DNA of 64,000 nucleotides from a virus (lineage: Duplodnaviria > Caudoviricetes), in IMG/VR virus record IMGVR_UViG_2906128962_000004, positions 25,940-89,939 of that record; one strand, given 5' to 3'. Both the position numbers and the translations under genes were made by a program. The notes beneath the pieces were generated by a model. That model saw only the letters and a list, made by a program, of their open reading frames with translations. It was not told where the DNA came from and did no database searches. Positions 47,301 through 55,109 of the stretch are shown one piece after another; positions within the stretch are counted from its first letter, which is position 1; every line of letters begins with the position of its first letter.

Positions 47301-48158
47301 GTTGGAAAGAGATTCGGGATGTTTACGCAATACCCAAACGTCGACCGCCGTTGGCGTGCCATTTTCTTTGAATGTCCCAGAAGGTAGGCGATGAGCACCG
47401 AGGAACTCCGCTTTACGTGACACTTGTTCTCGGAGCTTTTTCATCCGGGTCCCGCTGGTCATGCCATACGGAACAATGATGCACGCCAGACCACCGGGCT
47501 TAATTTTGTCGAGCAAACGGAGAATGAAGTAACGGCCAATGTCTTTCTCTTTGGCGTAAGCTTTATCGAGATTCATCGTATCGCCACGAGTCGAACCAAA
47601 CGGCACGTTGCCAACGCAGTGATCGAAAATGGCATCGTCGGTACCGCTGGCCAGCTTTTCGAACGGCATCACATGAACGGCGTCCTCCGGATGTAAAAGC
47701 TGGTTGATGCGCCCGGATATCGGGCTAATTTCGGTTGCCGTCATGACGGTACCGCGCGGCTTTGTTTCGTTAAAAACACCGGCGCCAGAGGATGGCTCCA
47801 GGGTATTCCCCGCATCAGCCCCGTAGAGCTTCATGATTTCCCAAATGCCCTCCGCAACGAATTGAGGGGTGTAATATTCGTCCGTTGAGCCGCCGATCCC
47901 GCCTTCGCCGGTGTAGCGGGCCAGCGTCTGCCGTTGTTCCTGCGTAAGCTCAGCGCCATCAGGCAGAGAATTCAGCAGCTCGATAGCTTTCCGATTCGCT
48001 TCCTTGCGCTCGCGGTCGACAGATACACCATCCTTTTTCGTGATCCCGTAGATAACCGGCTCACGGGTTAAACCCAGCGATCTGATAAGCCTTATGATTT
48101 CTTCGACTGTTCGAAATGAGTCGAGAATTTCCGCGTATTTGCCATCCGGCATCGTCAC
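41364..48158 (-). CDS. darB: DarB antirestriction protein (methyltransferase + SNF2 helicase)
   Basis: 2264 aa; LEPSSGAG, VGNVPF, FGTGLGKTT, IVDEGH, LLTATP, QRNGRGAR motifs. Confidence 0.95.
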   Translation of the reverse strand: MTMPDGKYAEILDSFRTVEEIIRLIRSLGLTREPVIYGITKKDGVSVDRERKEANRKAIELLNSLPDGAELTQEQRQTLARYTGEGGIGGSTDEYYTPQFVAEGIWEIMKLYGADAGNTLEPSSGAGVFNETKPRGTVMTATEISPISGRINQLLHPEDAVHVMPFEKLASGTDDAIFDHCVGNVPFGSTRGDTMNLDKAYAKEKDIGRYFILRLLDKIKPGGLACIIVPYGMTSGTRMKKLREQVSRKAEFLGAHRLPSGTFKENGTPTAVDVWVLRKHPESLSNMILQAKEELLVEANVLWPEFITGKWFEHDGKRFVYGEVSTGFQGRIVIKNDQITPSALKEKLARRFDSRINWDLLSVPEPVNQSAREGDKRLMNGQWYEFINGQWVISVPTSTLKVDPAIYGVSSLDEIKVVLDNPSALLARDWKQVQALAGNYWESMSESTRKAYSYALTQRGDLQERLFRGALIGAQIGVLQDAIANKMPGDYVDSLRTSAAKLVDEEYKRFGDPNTGKISKISGNNSGDWLKYRAAITSTGELSDLLQGSIEAQVSGEYDTTNHEQVVRSLFNQIDLIPITLAEFRATSTAELPESDEELLDLLANTDGIAITPTGDLMPMDRATSGDIGLITGQIQGVLAIIKEGPQKNNYLRQLEEIKSKRKWTGVDDIAFTLDARWFDRSLVLEFLRENGYDELTYVDSIKVENGALVSELGYRGNNGVFAGYRYGTVLKKDKETGENVPTYARRTSSDPFAAQLEKYLNGGRATGVNTEAYRSRIEDLESRFNDWIRQHDEIDKLVDQYNAAFNSFIPFEQSDSPLGLKGISGRRAPFGYQNQEIRRLSEDGRGIMGFGTGLGKTTTALALGLYNIENGRSTRQAYVVPKAVYENWYYEAKSFYSEEMFNKILFVGLETIPDDAGGIRQVQVRGENGEPKFDDNGAPVMRDALKISDSATIKARMNMIPQSNYPIVVMTKEQYAAIPMREETIRDHAHDVLFAQAEAGRVKILAETYKEQQKKNRLLSEHSDTGTEKQHDFPYFEDMQFDSVIVDEGHNYRNSYSAGREASQLAYLPVPSVSQSARDMAVKNAYLMAKNNGRGPVLLTATPVVNSPIDAFNMLSHCLSMSDWQRMGIYTPDDFVKVFGKKEMCLVQKLSGQVESKLGLVGFRNLPGLRGIFHRWVSLKTAQDVSEQVKIPELDERTVEAPMSEEQEIEYENLRQRAEKLSQNNKMGDFDSEPEDADEEKDTIFGIIRDMDRVCTDMDLYRHQITFLLPAADVDKVQQLVADLPDSLGAKEESDEDYDAEGRFTVDVDGNTCTLVVPEMYEQEVIKRLSTFDIDPKEVSHPLTPKYSALIEGLKEGLKNGKQIIFTDEKSQHGKLKRIICSHLGLDDSAVGILNATTVAEAGKKGRKPKKVKQPKDLPDEPTEEQVKAYYEQKAAYDEYVAAINEVSLGGLEQIAADYNEGRSRILICNKKAEVGINLHIGTTDIHHLTLPWTPASIDQRNGRGARVGSTQDSVKVHYYCGRGSFDEFRLQTLKRKKDWIREILTSDKAEMENADAGNMVEMQLLLAANPEERERRIAEQVAKAKAAVLERATKRANLDLQNYIKAQHASGSDLEKEQQRIAYLEGEVERTSKHLESVRNEIEELLTEREAIKEREAAGIMKSNDSWRPRAIERELRTRREQLNDASKADVSARSALMKQQRKISRLAKAEQNIKQLRPVVLKAIKEGLLKVDPDVIDHGKEILLVEGKTYKVGQYFHFNTATRGGKYDSISYAKIVGLDFDARTANLRGIFSANGTSSAPDAKNVPVQLLGDPCDVTKSELEVLSELQGGLSIRKAAELLSKDQFYTFLKTGQLVLTDNYSVAYDGGEYTQQTLNIRSAGYGYGSSDTKSIAWYQQNGHKLVYPDRSDEQLKRAIAIQERQQARFTNSCQGFLLALYGENYKTVMAGFGEVASADEIAALVAKKVASFSLWSSSRDFNISVNEYIRSGLVRSVELDRLAWLSNEIPAIYTNKQDFISALDAEKPRLRKQAQQELITGVASVAQERYEEFSRAIKSGYAPGDREIQSVLDGSGTFLNTYGGNGQDYFRVVEACAAMVIIGLLDPSKVTAELLVHEDDARQLVRDADKLYYNMSDEDKKRVRDTYQAKRLGVSTEEYQKHEEARREEKRNTENEADELGLRIQVNTTRLRGKYGLNFAPGGCYGLQDPKGKEGALFRAKEELKADFGARYYNGRDAGEEFAGSWWLIPIKYGQAEILEVVAKY

Positions 48159-48165
48159 CTCCGAG

Positions 48166-48228
48166 AGTGAACTTTTGATAAATTAACCAAACGTACTAAT
48201 TTATTTCTTAGTTTATCAAAGGTCACAT
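48166..48228. promoter_or_regulatory. Overlapping divergent Lpa-type late promoters (prt and darB)
   Basis: Plus AGTGAACTT-ttga-TAAATT (48166-48184); minus ATGTGACCT-ttga-TAAACT (48210-48228). Confidence 0.6.
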
Positions 48229-48233
48229 TTCGA

Positions 48234-49973
48234 ATGCCCAAGTTCCGGCAAGACAACATTTTGAAAGCGTTGGACCAACTGCTGCCCGGTGGGAAGGCGA
48301 ATCACGGAAACGTTATGTCGCTGGGAGCCACCAGCAGCGGCGGCAGCGGTTTCATGAACGTGTTTTCCCGATCCTGCCTGCTGGGCAAAGGTGAAACAGA
48401 TAAGTATTTCGGCGACTCGATGGTCAGCTCCGGGCGCGATGTACTGAATGAGGTGTCGCTACCTGTCGAACGCCTGCAACGCTATCCGTTCCTGGAAGAA
48501 ATGGCCACATATCCGACTATCGGCCAGGCACTCTATATTCACGTTTCGTACGCGTTTTCTATCAATAAGAGAACCAACCTTTCTTTTGAATTCCAGCCGG
48601 TGGCGGATGAGAACGACGAGGAAAATAAAGCGGCTCATGAGCTGTGCAGAGAGTTAACCAACGAAATCGGTCTCAAAGTTAACGCGGAGCTCCCCAGCTG
48701 GGGGCTGATTATGGCCATCTTCGGTGTTTGCTACATACGCCCGCACATAGTGCAGAAAGTCGGCATAACCTCGATGGAATGCAACTACTACACCCTTCCC
48801 TACTTCATTAAGGAGTATTACGTGGGCGGGGATCTGGCGGGCTTCACCGGCGACTACCTTAAGGATGAATCTGGCGCGCTCATATTTGCTAAGCCGTGGG
48901 ATATGGTTTCGATGAAGATCCCACTCTGGCATCCGAGCAGGATGAACATGCCGATATACACCGGAGCCGAACAGTTCAGCCTCCTGTCTGATCCTGCAAA
49001 GCGGATGCCGGTCGAAACGCAGAATTACGGTACCAGCCTGCTGCAAAATGCTTATGAGCCTTACCTGAATTTACGCGGAGCCATCCGGGCATTAAAAGCA
49101 TCACGCTATAACGCCAGCAAAATCGACAGGCTGATTGGCCTGAACATGGACAATCTCGATCCTGCGAAAGCGTCACTGTATGGCCGAACCGTGTCCGAGC
49201 AGCTACAAAAATCCGCCATGCAGATGGAGAAACGCGCGCGCGGGAACAACACTGCGCCGGTGGTCACCAACACCGTATTGCCGATACTGGCAAACGGCAA
49301 AGGCCAAATCACCATCGATACCCAATCGATGCCAGCCGATATATCCGGCATCGAAGACATCATGTTCCACATCAAGCAGCTGGCGTCCGCACTTAACCTC
49401 GATTACACGATGCTCGGTTTTGCCGACCAAATGACCGGCGGGCTCGGTGAAGGTGGTTTCCTGCGTACCAGTATTCAGGCGGGCATGGTCGCTGGCTGGC
49501 TGCGCGGCGGCGCGGCCGAATGCATTTACCGTCTTTGCGATATTCACCTCGCGGCCAAATACGGGAAGGTTTACCCCTCCGGAGAGCGTCCCTACAAAAT
49601 CGAATTCAACTCGATGGCCACCAGCATCGAGATGGAAGAAAGCGCCGCAATGGACAGTCACGCCAACTATGCAAGCGTGTTCGTCACCATTGCTGACGCC
49701 ATCTGCAATAACCCCGCCCTGGCAAAATCCAACACCTTCAAACAGATCGTGTTGGGCGACGTTCTGAAGATCCCAGCAACCAAGCTCGAAACCCTGCTGA
49801 CTGAACTTAAAGCGTCTCAGGATGAGGACCACGAGAACGACTTCGGCGGTGGCAATAAGAAAGGCATGTTCGAGAGTGTCACTCACAGGCCGGATGCCGC
49901 TATGTGCGATTTCATCAGGTCGATGGATAGGCATGAACTGCAAGACATCATCATCAAAGCGTTTGAAGAATGA
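48234..49973 (+). CDS. prt: Portal protein
   Basis: 579 aa; LEEMATYPTI..AL, ETQNYGTSLL, IEDIMFHIKQLA match P1 Prt; divergent from darB. Confidence 0.85.
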   Translation: MPKFRQDNILKALDQLLPGGKANHGNVMSLGATSSGGSGFMNVFSRSCLLGKGETDKYFGDSMVSSGRDVLNEVSLPVERLQRYPFLEEMATYPTIGQALYIHVSYAFSINKRTNLSFEFQPVADENDEENKAAHELCRELTNEIGLKVNAELPSWGLIMAIFGVCYIRPHIVQKVGITSMECNYYTLPYFIKEYYVGGDLAGFTGDYLKDESGALIFAKPWDMVSMKIPLWHPSRMNMPIYTGAEQFSLLSDPAKRMPVETQNYGTSLLQNAYEPYLNLRGAIRALKASRYNASKIDRLIGLNMDNLDPAKASLYGRTVSEQLQKSAMQMEKRARGNNTAPVVTNTVLPILANGKGQITIDTQSMPADISGIEDIMFHIKQLASALNLDYTMLGFADQMTGGLGEGGFLRTSIQAGMVAGWLRGGAAECIYRLCDIHLAAKYGKVYPSGERPYKIEFNSMATSIEMEESAAMDSHANYASVFVTIADAICNNPALAKSNTFKQIVLGDVLKIPATKLETLLTELKASQDEDHENDFGGGNKKGMFESVTHRPDAAMCDFIRSMDRHELQDIIIKAFEE

Positions 49974-51028
49974 GGACCAATATGGCACCTAAATACAAAA
50001 CCCTGCTGACGCACACGGACCGTTTTTCACTGTTCGACAAGGTGCGTAAAGGTAAACAAAACAACCGCAAATATATGCTTGAAGCGGTGAAAAGAATGAT
50101 CAACAGCCAGGAGACGCAGGAAGGCCTGCGCCTGGGTGAGCTCTACGGCTATTACGGCCACACGCGCCGTGAGCTGGCTAAGACACCTGAATTGCCAGAA
50201 ACATCCGTCATTATGGTGGAGGGCAAACCGGTTGTTATAGAGAACGTACCGGCCAGTCGGACTATCGCTATTTCAGTCGACGATGATGGCGTCGTCACTC
50301 ATACCGAAGAGATTTTTGATACAGCACCCGGGCGCATCGTTGCCAGTATGCTGGAATCCCGCGCTGGTGGTTGGTCATGGGTGACAACTGGCCGCGACTC
50401 CCCCGCTATTTCCATTCCTACGGGCTACTACGGCATGGATTATGTGACCATGCCCAACTTCATCAGCATGGACCATCCGGCCGCCATGCGCGAGAGCACA
50501 GAAGATCGCAATGCTGTCATGACTGAGGCCCTTATCAAGCAGAACTTCACTGAAGAAGATGCCGACGGAATCATCAAACATTACACCGCACTGAATGAGT
50601 ACGAAGTTATGTTTGAAAGTATCCAGCGTATCGAGGACCTGGAAGTTGCCCGACTGGCAGCTGCAGGGGAGCTGCTTGATAAGGATCGCCAGTTGGAAGA
50701 ACAAAGCGTCATGCTGGAGTCCTTGAGGAAGGGGGAAGCTGAGCGTGCAGAGAAAGCCTCTTTGCGTACGGCCATGTTTGAACGCGTGCTCGACAAGCTA
50801 CCGGTGTTCACTAACCAGCGCCAGCGCGATGCTATTGCCAACATGCAATCAGAAGAGGATTTAGCCATCGTCGATAAGCTGTTTGAATCACTGGCCAGCC
50901 CTTCTATCCGCACGCTGCCAGTGGAGCAGATCTCCACCACCAGCCAACCGGCCAAACGCCGCCATTCCGAGCCGGTCGACAAGTCCAGCATCATTAACTT
51001 TGAAAGCACCACACGCCACTTCGGCTGA
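49970..51028 (+). CDS. pro: Head processing protease
   Basis: LRLGELYGYYGHTRR, GGWSWVT, GMDYVTMPNF match P1 Pro. Confidence 0.85.
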   Translation: MRTNMAPKYKTLLTHTDRFSLFDKVRKGKQNNRKYMLEAVKRMINSQETQEGLRLGELYGYYGHTRRELAKTPELPETSVIMVEGKPVVIENVPASRTIAISVDDDGVVTHTEEIFDTAPGRIVASMLESRAGGWSWVTTGRDSPAISIPTGYYGMDYVTMPNFISMDHPAAMRESTEDRNAVMTEALIKQNFTEEDADGIIKHYTALNEYEVMFESIQRIEDLEVARLAAAGELLDKDRQLEEQSVMLESLRKGEAERAEKASLRTAMFERVLDKLPVFTNQRQRDAIANMQSEEDLAIVDKLFESLASPSIRTLPVEQISTTSQPAKRRHSEPVDKSSIINFESTTRHFG

Positions 51029-51041
51029 TAGCTGCAATGCC

Positions 51042-51064
51042 AAGCCCCGAAAGGGGCTTTTTTT
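51042..51064 (+). terminator. Terminator after pro
   Basis: AAGCCCC-GAAA-GGGGCTT-T tract. Confidence 0.8.
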
Positions 51065-51097
51065 ATGAGCATCAATAGCGACATTACGCCCTTAATA

Positions 51098-51114
51098 AAT
51101 TAGTATTTTCTGTA
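51098..51114 (+). promoter_or_regulatory. Putative C1-type operator
   Basis: AATTAGTATTTTCTGTA. Confidence 0.7.
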
Positions 51115-51138
51115 TGGTCAATAACAAAGGTAAAAACG

Positions 51139-51597
51139 GTGGAAACCACAACCCCTGTAACACACCACGCCAGTAAAGCGACAACCCGAAAAAACCGGGC
51201 TCAGCGGCTCCTGATCAAAGAACTATTCCCTGCTCTTTTCCAGGGTAACCATCCGCTGCCGATGAAGAATGGCATCAAAGACGACATGCTCACACAAATC
51301 GTCAGACGTGGCTTGGATATCTCCGAGGAAAAATTACAGCAGTCTTTACGCGCCTGTTGCTGCTCTCAGGTATATCAAATGCGCATCATCAACGGCCGCG
51401 CTCGCTATGATATTGACGGTAAACCAGTAGAAGAGATCAGTAAGGAAGATAAGAAACACGCCAGGGGGCGTGTCAATAAATACCGAAAAGAATACGGGCT
51501 TAAGCCACTAAAGTCTGCATTACGCGGCCGTAGGCATACCCCTTCCCACTCCAAAGAAGCAACAGCAGCGGTTAGTGAACGTGGTTTAGTGAAATAA
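51139..51597 (+). CDS. ProQ/FinO-domain RNA-binding protein
   Basis: FPALF...PLPMKNGIKDD...Y..R...GRARYDIDGKPVEEI. Confidence 0.85.
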   Translation: METTTPVTHHASKATTRKNRAQRLLIKELFPALFQGNHPLPMKNGIKDDMLTQIVRRGLDISEEKLQQSLRACCCSQVYQMRIINGRARYDIDGKPVEEISKEDKKHARGRVNKYRKEYGLKPLKSALRGRRHTPSHSKEATAAVSERGLVK

Positions 51598-51768
51598 AGC
51601 CCGTAATATCAACGCTGTAAGAGGTTTTTGTAAAGAAATGGGAAAAAATCTTTCTGATTTAACCGTTACAAATTTCGTCAAAAGAGAGGGTAGTGCTACG
51701 ATCCATACCGTTGTAGAGAACGCATTGTTACGCGGGCAAAATCAACTGAACGCTTAGGCTTCAGATAG

Positions 51769-51834
51769 AGAAAACCCCCGTACATTGCTTGGGATAAACC
51801 GGCAACATAGCGAGGGTAGTTCTTGAATCTCGAC
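51769..51834 (-). ncRNA. Rdl-like antisense antitoxin RNA
   Basis: Minus promoter TTGCAA-N17-TATTCT (51841-51869); ends in CGGGGGTTTTCTCT; leader resembles the remembered E. coli ldrD/rdlD locus. Confidence 0.7.
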
Positions 51835-51883
51835 AATCCAAGAATAGTCGCTCGCTGTTGCCATTGCAACCAACGGTGATTTT

Positions 51884-51976
51884 ATGACCTTTACACAAGG
51901 TGTTTTTGTGGCGTTAATTTCGTCGATTGTCGGACCGATTACGGTTGCGCTGATCCGTTCTTATTTTAAGTTTTAG
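51884..51976 (+). CDS. 30-aa hydrophobic type I toxin (Ldr-locus type)
   Basis: MTFTQGVFVALISSIVGPITVALIRSYFKF preceded by ldr-type leader TAGAGAAAACCCCCG...CAAGAATAG. Confidence 0.7.
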   Translation: MTFTQGVFVALISSIVGPITVALIRSYFKF

Positions 51977-52207
51977 GCTTAATTGAACGACACACACCTG
52001 AAATGGCCGCTGGGGATTAACCTCGCGGCCATTTTCGAATAAGCTGGCCAATCTCCCCTCCCTCTTTAGTGCAAAAATTAGTCGAACAATACATCCGAGC
52101 AATGTATGCGCGCAATTTAGCTCAATATTTTGAACCTGGACAAATGAACTTTTCTATGTGCGTAGTATTGTAACCACTCGTTTTTACTAATTTTTCACTA
52201 AAATATT

Positions 52208-52579
52208 ATGAAAAAAACTATATGCTTGGGGATTCTATGCGCCTCTATCGCCTCTGGGACAATGGCAGCAGAGATCTCAAATACAGGCATAACCGGCATT
52301 GCCCCTGTTGACTCTGGTTGCACTGAAAAAACCGACACGATGGGTGTCGTAGCTGTCCAGTTCTCCAAATCAGGCATGACACTGGATCTGATTCAGTTCC
52401 TCAATGCAGACAAAAGCATAATGGCTATGCCCACTGATTTTGAGAACGCTGGCTTTTCAACGCTCCAACAGTCACAAGCCAATAACTTCATTAAGCTTGG
52501 CAACTTCTACAAAGTGCATTACCAACTTTGCGGGCAAGCAGGATATCCAACCCTTTTAGACATCCACACAGCAAAATAA
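52208..52579 (+). CDS. Exported protein (sim-locus position)
   Basis: Signal peptide MKKTICLGILCASIASGTMA; Cys pair. Confidence 0.7.
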   Translation: MKKTICLGILCASIASGTMAAEISNTGITGIAPVDSGCTEKTDTMGVVAVQFSKSGMTLDLIQFLNADKSIMAMPTDFENAGFSTLQQSQANNFIKLGNFYKVHYQLCGQAGYPTLLDIHTAK

Positions 52580-52599
52580 AAAAGCACAAGGAACACACA

Positions 52600-53091
52600 G
52601 TGAGCAAAAAAGTTCTTTTGATAGCGACTATGGCTTTCTTCTCTGCTAATGCCTTTTCCGCCGCAATGCCAGCGACCAGAGCGGAAGCCAAGTGGGTTGC
52701 GAGCCATATCGACCAAAATATCGTTGCTAAAGGTATGAGCTGCAGCTCCAAGGCCGACGAAACAAGCCGCAGCAACTGCGCCTACGGTTACTCTGCACTC
52801 GCTCTCGATGATGCGATGCAAGCCGCGGGTTACTCCTACCGCGATACCCTTCATAAAATAGCCAAAGACCAATCGATTATGGGGTACATGTCCGCTGGAC
52901 TGAGTGAATTTGTTATGCCGATCAACATGCTGACTAACGCAGATGGTCAGGCATTCATGCTTAAAAATAAGCTCGTCTATAAAAACGATATTCCTGAGTT
53001 GAAAAATATCATCACAGGGAAACGTAGTCCGGACGTGTCACAGATTGAAGGCCTTCGCCACCAGCCATCCGCCAGTGAGCTTAACCACTAA
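52600..53091 (+). CDS. Exported protein (sim-locus position)
   Basis: GTG start, signal peptide MSKKVLLIATMAFFSANAFSA; Cys pair. Confidence 0.7.
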   Translation: MSKKVLLIATMAFFSANAFSAAMPATRAEAKWVASHIDQNIVAKGMSCSSKADETSRSNCAYGYSALALDDAMQAAGYSYRDTLHKIAKDQSIMGYMSAGLSEFVMPINMLTNADGQAFMLKNKLVYKNDIPELKNIITGKRSPDVSQIEGLRHQPSASELNH

Positions 53092-53107
53092 TTTAATGGG
53101 ATAAAAA

Positions 53108-53452
53108 ATGCGCAAAATCATTAAGGGAATGTTAGTTGTCTCACTGTTTGCTACTGCAACATCTGCTTTTGCTGTCGGTGATCCTGATGCAAATTTTGCT
53201 AAAACTGACTGCAACTCCCCGAAAGTTAGGGCAATGCTCATCGAGTCTTATAATGCTGTCCTGAAAGATCAGAATGCCGAGTTCTCAGTGATTGACGCTT
53301 ATGACCAAAAAAGAGTTAAAGGCGGAGTGAACAATCTGACGTGTTATGGAACATATGAGTTTTCAGACGGGGATAAACTAACGGTTACCTACAAATTGTA
53401 TAAAAATAGCCTAGGCCAATTTATCAACTCATTTGAACCTGACGAAGAGTAA
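53108..53452 (+). CDS. Exported protein (sim-locus position)
   Basis: Signal peptide MRKIIKGMLVVSLFATATSAFA; Cys pair. Confidence 0.7.
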   Translation: MRKIIKGMLVVSLFATATSAFAVGDPDANFAKTDCNSPKVRAMLIESYNAVLKDQNAEFSVIDAYDQKRVKGGVNNLTCYGTYEFSDGDKLTVTYKLYKNSLGQFINSFEPDEE

Positions 53453-53500
53453 GAATAAAGCAGTTCCTAATAGAGGGGGTTATCTTTGGCCCCCAGCTAA

Positions 53501-53517
53501 AACAGAAAATACTAATT
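53501..53517 (-). promoter_or_regulatory. Putative C1-type operator upstream of c4
   Basis: Minus strand AATTAGTATTTTCTGTT. Confidence 0.7.
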
Positions 53518-53601
53518 TTTATTTGCTAATATCCGTATTTAATGTACCGTTTTATACCGGACGTGTTGACGCGTGCTGGTGGTTCAGAGTAAGGTTTTAT
53601 T

Positions 53602-53660
53602 GTCGCAGCAAAATCTGCGGCCGGGATTGGAACCCCGATTACCTTTAACGAGCACTCAAC
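53602..53660 (+). ncRNA. c4: C4 antisense RNA
   Basis: GTCGCAGCAAAATCTGCGGCCGGGATTGGAACCCCG c4-family motif; TTGACG-N18-TAAGGT promoter; upstream of icd. Confidence 0.85.
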
Positions 53661-53709
53661 ACGCGCTCGCGTGTTTTTTTGTGCCAGCGTCCGTGCACGC
53701 CAAAATTAT

Positions 53710-53815
53710 GGTGGGCTGGATGGGGGAACCGAAAGGTTCGCCGGGTTCGTTGAAGGCCGGTAGTTCCAACCCCATTCAGTTCACCACCAAATAGAGATTG
53801 GAACCTCTCGGTGGT
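53710..53815 (+). promoter_or_regulatory. C4 target region (a1/b1, a2/b2-like)
   Basis: GCCGGTAGTTCCAACCCC complementary to the c4 GATTGGAAC loop; second GATTGGAACC element. Confidence 0.65.
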
Positions 53816-53844
53816 GTTGTTTAGCCTTCAACGAGGATGCCATC

Positions 53845-54039
53845 ATGGCTACTACCCCTACCCGAGTTCAATCCCAGTTTATCTGGCGCTTTTATTCCTG
53901 CCAGCTGCGTCGTTACCACATCGTTATCGCCACCAGCGAATCTGATGCCCGCTCACAGCTTCCAGATGCCCCTTGTCTTTTTGCCGCCCGATTTCCCTCG
54001 AACTCCCCGACGCTCTCTTACTGGAGGGCTCGCCCATGA
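53845..54039 (+). CDS. icd: Icd-like host cell division inhibitor
   Basis: MATTPT...FIWRF...IATSESDARSQL...LFAARFP. Confidence 0.85.
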   Translation: MATTPTRVQSQFIWRFYSCQLRRYHIVIATSESDARSQLPDAPCLFAARFPSNSPTLSYWRARP

Positions 54040-54248
54040 CCTTTCTGACAGAAGAAGCGATCGCCGCTGCGGCCAAAAAACTGCATGTAGACATCACTGG
54101 CATCAATGCAATTTCCACGCTGGCCAGCCATTTTATGATTACAGAAGGCTTTTACTTACTCAGTAATAAATCTGTCATTAAGCGCCGTCTGGTTGGTGAA
54201 ATTAAGGCTTTTTTAGGGCAATCACAGGGAATGAAGGTGGCCAAATGA
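54036..54248 (+). CDS. Small hypothetical protein coupled to icd
   Basis: ATGA overlap with icd stop. Confidence 0.55.
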   Translation: MTFLTEEAIAAAAKKLHVDITGINAISTLASHFMITEGFYLLSNKSVIKRRLVGEIKAFLGQSQGMKVAK

Positions 54249-54979
54249 ATACGACCAAAAATGAAATTGTCGCGCCGGTGATTTGCGGTGTGGAGATCAC
54301 AACAGACGCAGAAGGTCGTTTCAACCTCAATGCGTTGCATAGAGCCAGTGGTGGAGAGAAAAAGAATGGCCCTACGTATTGGTTTTCCCTCGATAGCACC
54401 ACTCAACTAATAACTGAACTTGAAAAACAAACTACCGGGATCACGGTAGTAAAGAAAGAAGGCCGTAACGGTGGTACCTTCGCTCACGAGCTACTGGCCA
54501 TTGAATATGCCGGTTGGATCTCTCCAGCCTTCCGACTGCAGGTAAACCAGACATTTCTGGACTACCGCACCGGCAAACTAACGCTACCAGCAGAGCACTC
54601 AGCATCCCATCAATTGATACAGTCACAGCAACGCCAAATCGAACTGCTGGAAGAGCTGCTCATGCGCGAGCGCGAAAACTCACAACTCCGCGCCAAACTG
54701 GAAGAGAAAAACAATCACCACCAGCCGTTAACGAACCAGGAACTACTGCGCGAACGTGACGAGCTGGCGGAACGGCTAGGCCGGAGCCGCAACTATGCCA
54801 CCCTCGATGCAGTTGAAAGGAAAATGGGACGAGAATATCAATGGCACCGGCTGCGTAACTGGTGTCTCAGGAATAACGTCGAGCCGCTCGTGCTGCGCAA
54901 ATTTCAGTGTGTCCACGCCTGGCCCCGCGGCGCATGGCTGGATGTATATGGGGTTGATTTAGAAGAACTCTTCGGTTGA
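54245..54979 (+). CDS. KilA-N domain antirepressor-like protein
   Basis: DAEGRFNLNALHRASG...GGTFAHELLAIEYAGWISPAFRLQVNQTF. Confidence 0.9.
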   Translation: MNTTKNEIVAPVICGVEITTDAEGRFNLNALHRASGGEKKNGPTYWFSLDSTTQLITELEKQTTGITVVKKEGRNGGTFAHELLAIEYAGWISPAFRLQVNQTFLDYRTGKLTLPAEHSASHQLIQSQQRQIELLEELLMRERENSQLRAKLEEKNNHHQPLTNQELLRERDELAERLGRSRNYATLDAVERKMGREYQWHRLRNWCLRNNVEPLVLRKFQCVHAWPRGAWLDVYGVDLEELFG

Positions 54980-54987
54980 TAGAGACG

Positions 54988-55019
54988 AAAAAAAACCGCC
55001 GTAGGAAGGGCGGTTTTTT
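54988..55019. terminator. Bidirectional terminator
   Basis: A8-CCGCC...GGCGG-T6. Confidence 0.8.
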
Positions 55020-55074
55020 CTTGTTCCGGTTGTTAGGAGTAACAGGAACATATTATGAAGACTCGTAAATTAAC
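54988..55074 (-). ncRNA. Candidate 87-nt sRNA antitoxin
   Basis: Promoter TTGCAT-N17-TACTAT places +1 at 55074; first 19 nt complementary to 55463-55481; internal hairpin; terminator. Confidence 0.7.
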
Positions 55075-55080
55075 GATTTA

Positions 55081-55109
55081 ATAGTAGCCCGCCATTAACT
55101 TGAATGCAA
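55081..55109 (-). promoter_or_regulatory. Sigma70 promoter of candidate sRNA
   Basis: TTGCAT (55109-55104) N17 TACTAT (55086-55081). Confidence 0.75.

Noticed and set aside
41570-47696. Many 60-140 aa ORFs overlapping darB on both strands
   Set aside because: Shadow frames of a long GC-rich coding gene, without RBS or recognisable motifs.
48448-51084. Antisense ORFs over prt/pro (e.g. 49203-49988)
   Set aside because: Fully antisense to confidently identified genes.
55055-55081. 8-aa mini-ORF MKTRKLTI with a plausible RBS
   Set aside because: It lies antisense to the predicted sRNA and no plus-strand promoter was seen after the terminator; probably incidental.
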